Assembly (NCBI GenBank): GCA_051251915.1 | Contig: JBPOGF010000015.1 | Location: forward strand, 1 to 64,000 | Direction of reading: 5' to 3' | Source of the DNA: Akkermansiaceae bacterium | Lineage (GTDB): Bacteria > Verrucomicrobiota > Verrucomicrobiia > Verrucomicrobiales > Akkermansiaceae | Length of the DNA: 64,000 nt | Shown here: one piece after another, positions 60,254 to 64,000 of the stretch | Layout of the letters: every line of letters begins with the position of its first letter | Numbering within the stretch: the first letter of the stretch is position 1 | Translations under genes and position numbers: made by a program | Notes under the pieces: generated by a model | What the model saw: only the letters and a program-made list of their open reading frames with translations | What the model was told of the DNA's origin: nothing | The model's database searches: none

Positions 60254-60952
60254 ATGAAGAAAGAAACAGCAACTAAAGGCAGAACACTAGCGATTGGCGA
60301 TATTCATGGATGCCTAGATGCCCTGAAAACACTAGAAGAATTCGTAGGCTTCAGTGAGAACGACACCATCATCACACTCGGTGACTACATCGACCGAGGA
60401 CCAGATTCCAAGGGGGTTATCGATTGGCTTATTTCTGGCCGCGAGAAATATAATCTCATCACCCTCGCGGGAAACCATGAACTCATGATGGAGGACTCCA
60501 AACACAGTGCCGCGGCACATTATTTCTGGAGCATCAATGGAGGAGAAAGCACATTGATGTCGTTTGATTGTTGCGTTGAGGATGTTCCCACTAATTATTG
60601 GCAATTCATCAAAAGTTGCGAACTTTTCTATGAAACAGACAGTCACATCTTTGTTCATGCAGGCTTAGAGCCATCACTCGCACCAGAAGATCAGAATCCC
60701 GATACTCTTTGCTGGTTGAGGTTTGGAAATTTAAAACCACACGACTCTAACAAAACAATTATCTGTGGACACACACCCCAGAAATCTCACATCCCAGGTA
60801 TCCTCCCTCACGCTATATGTATAGATACCCATGCTTTTAACCCAAGAGGATATCTGACCTGTCTAGATGTGGAAACTGGAGATTACTGGCAGGCTAGTAA
60901 TCAAGGAATTAAGCGTAAAAAAACACTAGAACTAACGGACCTTACATCATGA
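60254..60952 (+). CDS. calcineurin-like metallophosphoesterase (PPP/PphA-type Ser/Thr phosphatase family)
   Basis: GDIHG, GDYIDRG, GNHE, FVHAG, GHTP. Confidence 0.93.
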   Translation: MKKETATKGRTLAIGDIHGCLDALKTLEEFVGFSENDTIITLGDYIDRGPDSKGVIDWLISGREKYNLITLAGNHELMMEDSKHSAAAHYFWSINGGESTLMSFDCCVEDVPTNYWQFIKSCELFYETDSHIFVHAGLEPSLAPEDQNPDTLCWLRFGNLKPHDSNKTIICGHTPQKSHIPGILPHAICIDTHAFNPRGYLTCLDVETGDYWQASNQGIKRKKTLELTDLTS

Positions 60953-61668
60953 TTAAATTACTACTACTCACAGCTCTGACACTACCACTTTGTTGCCTAG
61001 CCCAAGAGAAATCTGACGACAACGCCCTCGTAAAACGCCTTCTCACGGAAGACCTAGGGACCAGATCATTTTTATTCTCCCAAGTAGTAGAAAGCTCTAG
61101 TGGTAAAAAAGTGCTCCCCTTCGATAAAGCAACGCCAAGCCATGCTGTTGCTCTAGCCCAAATCAAAATATCCATAGAAAAGGCGATCATCACCCTAAAT
61201 AAACCTGACTCCCCTATTAAGAAACTCCGCAGAATCAATGAAGCGTCACGTTACTTTGAGGACATGCTCTTGATCGAAATAGCCAAGCATCCAGAACTCA
61301 ACTGCACTGTCCCGCAGAACGCACAAGGTAAAGCTCAGCGTTCAGGCTATCCAGACATGCGAATAGAGCACACTCCCAGCAAAACGGTATTCTACCTCGA
61401 CCCTAAGCTCTATGAAAATAAGTCTAGGTCATCCAGCCTCCGCACATTCTACTACGAGCCTAAAACCCGCACGATGAAGATCCAAGATGATGCCGTGCAC
61501 CTACTACTAGGCATCAGCCACGATGGTGTCGATGGCGACTGGACATTCTTAAACTGGGAACTCGTGGACTTATCAAAATTTAAAGTCCGCTTGAAAGCTG
61601 AGTTTCAAGCGTCCAATAAAGATCTGTATCGCAAAGAAAACCTAATCGAATCCTCCGCTACAGAATAA
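60949..61668 (+). CDS. exported hypothetical protein with a PD-(D/E)xK-like motif
   Basis: Signal peptide; E-rich helix, then SGYPD and YLDPK; ATGA overlap with the upstream gene. Confidence 0.75.
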   Translation: MIKLLLLTALTLPLCCLAQEKSDDNALVKRLLTEDLGTRSFLFSQVVESSSGKKVLPFDKATPSHAVALAQIKISIEKAIITLNKPDSPIKKLRRINEASRYFEDMLLIEIAKHPELNCTVPQNAQGKAQRSGYPDMRIEHTPSKTVFYLDPKLYENKSRSSSLRTFYYEPKTRTMKIQDDAVHLLLGISHDGVDGDWTFLNWELVDLSKFKVRLKAEFQASNKDLYRKENLIESSATE

Positions 61669-61672
61669 AACC

Positions 61673-62386
61673 TTACCTCCCTGGTTGAGCACCACTGACT
61701 TTAGATGGCTTATCAAATTCTAGATAAGTCGTGCCAGTCACTTTATTATCCTGTAGACTATCTACACGCATACGTTTAAGCGTGTATTCCTTGCCCACTT
61801 TCATGAGATCGGTGACTTGAAATTGCTTCAATGGATGACCAGCTGCGTTATATCCGACCACGCGCATCAGCGCTCCATACTTCTGGTGAACCCATGCATA
61901 TACAATGCGGTAGTCGCCAGATTGCCCCGGGTTGATGAGCCTTACTTTATAACAATTCTGCCCACTAATTTTCTCCTCACCCACGATAGCACTATTCTGC
62001 CAGTAAAGGAATCTCATAGAAAGATCCTCGAATGATAAATCCGTCTTGTTGATCTTCTCTGCGAGTTTCGCATTACTAAACTTACGCGTCTTTGCTCCTA
62101 CGATTTCAAGCAGATCAAATTGATTCTGCTTCAGGCGCATATGGAATCGGTAATCCTTACCACTCACCTTGTATTGAAACTGAATATTCTCACCTCTGAG
62201 GAACAGCGTCACAGGTGTCTGCCGTCCATCTTTTTTCATATGCCCGTGAAGATCTTGATGCTGGAGAGTAGCGGCGAATCTTGCTCCTCGGAGAACTTTC
62301 TCCGCTGCTTCATCTGCATACGCGGACATCGTGCTGAGAGCTGACATTGTGGCGACTACCATCGTGGTAAACAACTTGTTTTTCAT
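61673..62386 (-). CDS. LolA-like outer membrane lipoprotein-sorting protein
   Basis: Signal peptide; TDLSFEDL, GEEKISGQNCY, Y....WV. Confidence 0.75.
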   Translation of the reverse strand: MKNKLFTTMVVATMSALSTMSAYADEAAEKVLRGARFAATLQHQDLHGHMKKDGRQTPVTLFLRGENIQFQYKVSGKDYRFHMRLKQNQFDLLEIVGAKTRKFSNAKLAEKINKTDLSFEDLSMRFLYWQNSAIVGEEKISGQNCYKVRLINPGQSGDYRIVYAWVHQKYGALMRVVGYNAAGHPLKQFQVTDLMKVGKEYTLKRMRVDSLQDNKVTGTTYLEFDKPSKVSGAQPGR

Positions 62387-62493
62387 GCTAGAAAAGTAAC
62401 ACTTCATACTCATATGACAACTAGAAGTTCAGAATTATTCATTCAGATTCACTTTTTTCTTCATCATCTCTCATAGCCTCCTAATATGCCCAC

Positions 62494-64000
62494 ATGTCCA
62501 CACCAGAATTTCACTATCAAAAACCCTTTCCTCTCGGTCCAGATAAAACTGAATATGAACTCATCAGCACCGAAGGCATCTCTGTAGAAAAACTCGGTGA
62601 TCGAGAAATCCTCACAGTGAGCAAGGAAGCGATCACTCATTTGGCGAACGAAGGCTCTAAAGAAATCTGCTTTAAACTCCGTTCTGGACACTTGAAACAA
62701 GTAGCAGCCATCCTAGATGACCCTGAGGCCACCGATAATGACAGAATGATGGCTCTCACCCTGCTGAGAAATGCAGAGATTGCGGCAAAAGGAATTTTAC
62801 CGAACTGCCAAGACACAGGCACAGCTATAGTCATGGCTAAAAAAGGTGAAAATGTTTACACCGGGTTCAACGATGCAGAAGCCATTTCACACGGCATCTA
62901 TAAGACCTACACTGAGGAAAACTTGCGCTACTCACAAGCCATGCCTCTCACCATGTATGAAGAAGTAAACTCTAGGACCAACCTTCCCGCCCAGATCGAC
63001 CTCTACGCCACACCAGGTAATGAATATGAATTCCTCTTCATCTCCAAAGGCGGAGGCTCCGCTAACAAGACATTTCTATATCAAGAAACAAAGGCGCTGC
63101 TGAACCCAAATACACTCAAGTCATTCTGCGTAGCTAAAATGGCGACACTAGGAACCTCAGCCTGCCCACCTTATCACATCGCTATCGTTATTGGCGGCAC
63201 CTCAGCAGAGACCTGCCTCAAGACAGTGAAAATGGCATCTACTCGCTATTATGATGAACTCCCCACTACAGGAAACGAACACGGACAAGCATTCCGCGAT
63301 GTTGAACTGGAAAAGGAATTGTTAGAGTTATCTCGTGACATTGGCATCGGCGCCCAGTTCGGGGGCAAGAACTTTGCACTAGATGTTAGAGTGATCCGTC
63401 TACCTCGCCACGGCGCCTCATGTCCAGTAGGGATCGGCGTTTCATGCTCAGCAGACAGACAGGCAAAGGCTAAAATCACCAAGGACGGCATCTTCCTTGA
63501 AAAACTAGAGTCTAATCCTGGGCAATTCATTCCAGATAAATACCGTGATTGGAAATTTAATGGTGTCAAAATTGATCTAGATCAAGGCATGGAGAAAACT
63601 CTAGCCACACTCACCAAATACCCAGTTACCACTGCCCTTTCATTGAGTGGAACCATCATAGTTGCGCGAGATAGCGCACACGCCAAACTCTTAGAAATGT
63701 TAGAATCTGGTCAAGGACTTCCAGACTACGTCAAAGATTTCCCTATCTATTATGCAGGCCCTGCGAAGAAGCCAGAAGGCATGGCATCAGGCTCATTTGG
63801 TCCTACCACAGCTGGAAGAATGGATGCTTATGTGCCTGTCTTCCAAGAACAAGGAGCCTCAATGGTAATGCTAGCAAAAGGCAACCGATCTCAGATGGTG
63901 ACCGATGCCTGCAACAAATACGGAGGCTTCTATCTTGGATCAATGGGCGGCCCAGCTGCCATCCTTGCAAGAGACCATATTAAATCCGTAGAAGTGGTCG
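62494..64000 (+). CDS. fumA: class I (Fe-S) fumarate hydratase, 3' end beyond the window
   Basis: Absent from the ORF track; manual translation gives [67 protein letters not shown]. Confidence 0.95.
   Translation, partial: MSTPEFHYQKPFPLGPDKTEYELISTEGISVEKLGDREILTVSKEAITHLANEGSKEICFKLRSGHLKQVAAILDDPEATDNDRMMALTLLRNAEIAAKGILPNCQDTGTAIVMAKKGENVYTGFNDAEAISHGIYKTYTEENLRYSQAMPLTMYEEVNSRTNLPAQIDLYATPGNEYEFLFISKGGGSANKTFLYQETKALLNPNTLKSFCVAKMATLGTSACPPYHIAIVIGGTSAETCLKTVKMASTRYYDELPTTGNEHGQAFRDVELEKELLELSRDIGIGAQFGGKNFALDVRVIRLPRHGASCPVGIGVSCSADRQAKAKITKDGIFLEKLESNPGQFIPDKYRDWKFNGVKIDLDQGMEKTLATLTKYPVTTALSLSGTIIVARDSAHAKLLEMLESGQGLPDYVKDFPIYYAGPAKKPEGMASGSFGPTTAGRMDAYVPVFQEQGASMVMLAKGNRSQMVTDACNKYGGFYLGSMGGPAAILARDHIKSVEVV

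Noticed and set aside
1..64000. tRNA, rRNA, CRISPR arrays, transposases, prophage genes
   Set aside because: None recognised; coding density is high and the intergenic gaps show no cloverleaf or repeat-spacer pattern.

Overview
Bacterial chromosomal core region. Gene content and protein style suggest Verrucomicrobiota (inference). In order: a nuoD-N complex I operon on the minus strand, lacking nuoABC, with a four-helix-bundle gene inserted between nuoF and nuoG; ruvA; two divergent peptide ABC transporters (opp-like and yej-like) with only one pair of ATPase genes between them; xseA; a DUF1800/DUF1501 pair; rpmB; two pilT-family ATPases; rpmI-rplT; a cyclophilin; pheA; scpB; parE; gcvT-H-P; a Sel1-repeat protein; LysR; a metallophosphoesterase; and a class I fumarase running off the right edge. 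I saw no rRNA, tRNA, CRISPR array or transposase. Most notable non-obvious signals: (1) + strand GC skew flips from G-rich to C-rich, with a dif-like 28-mer between scpB and parE, suggesting the replication terminus; (2) a perfect Rex/CRP-type operator before the nuo operon; (3) NuoJ fused to a helix-hairpin-helix-like domain; (4) inverted heptamer arrays flanking the four-helix-bundle gene; (5) a structured 175-nt rpmI-rplT spacer, a candidate L20 leader; (6) an exported PD-(D/E)xK nuclease-like protein coupled to a phosphoesterase; (7) a 47-aa repeat array in the Sel1 protein; (8) several promoter-like -10 boxes only 9-10 nt from the start codon. All calls come from reading the sequence; no searches were run.
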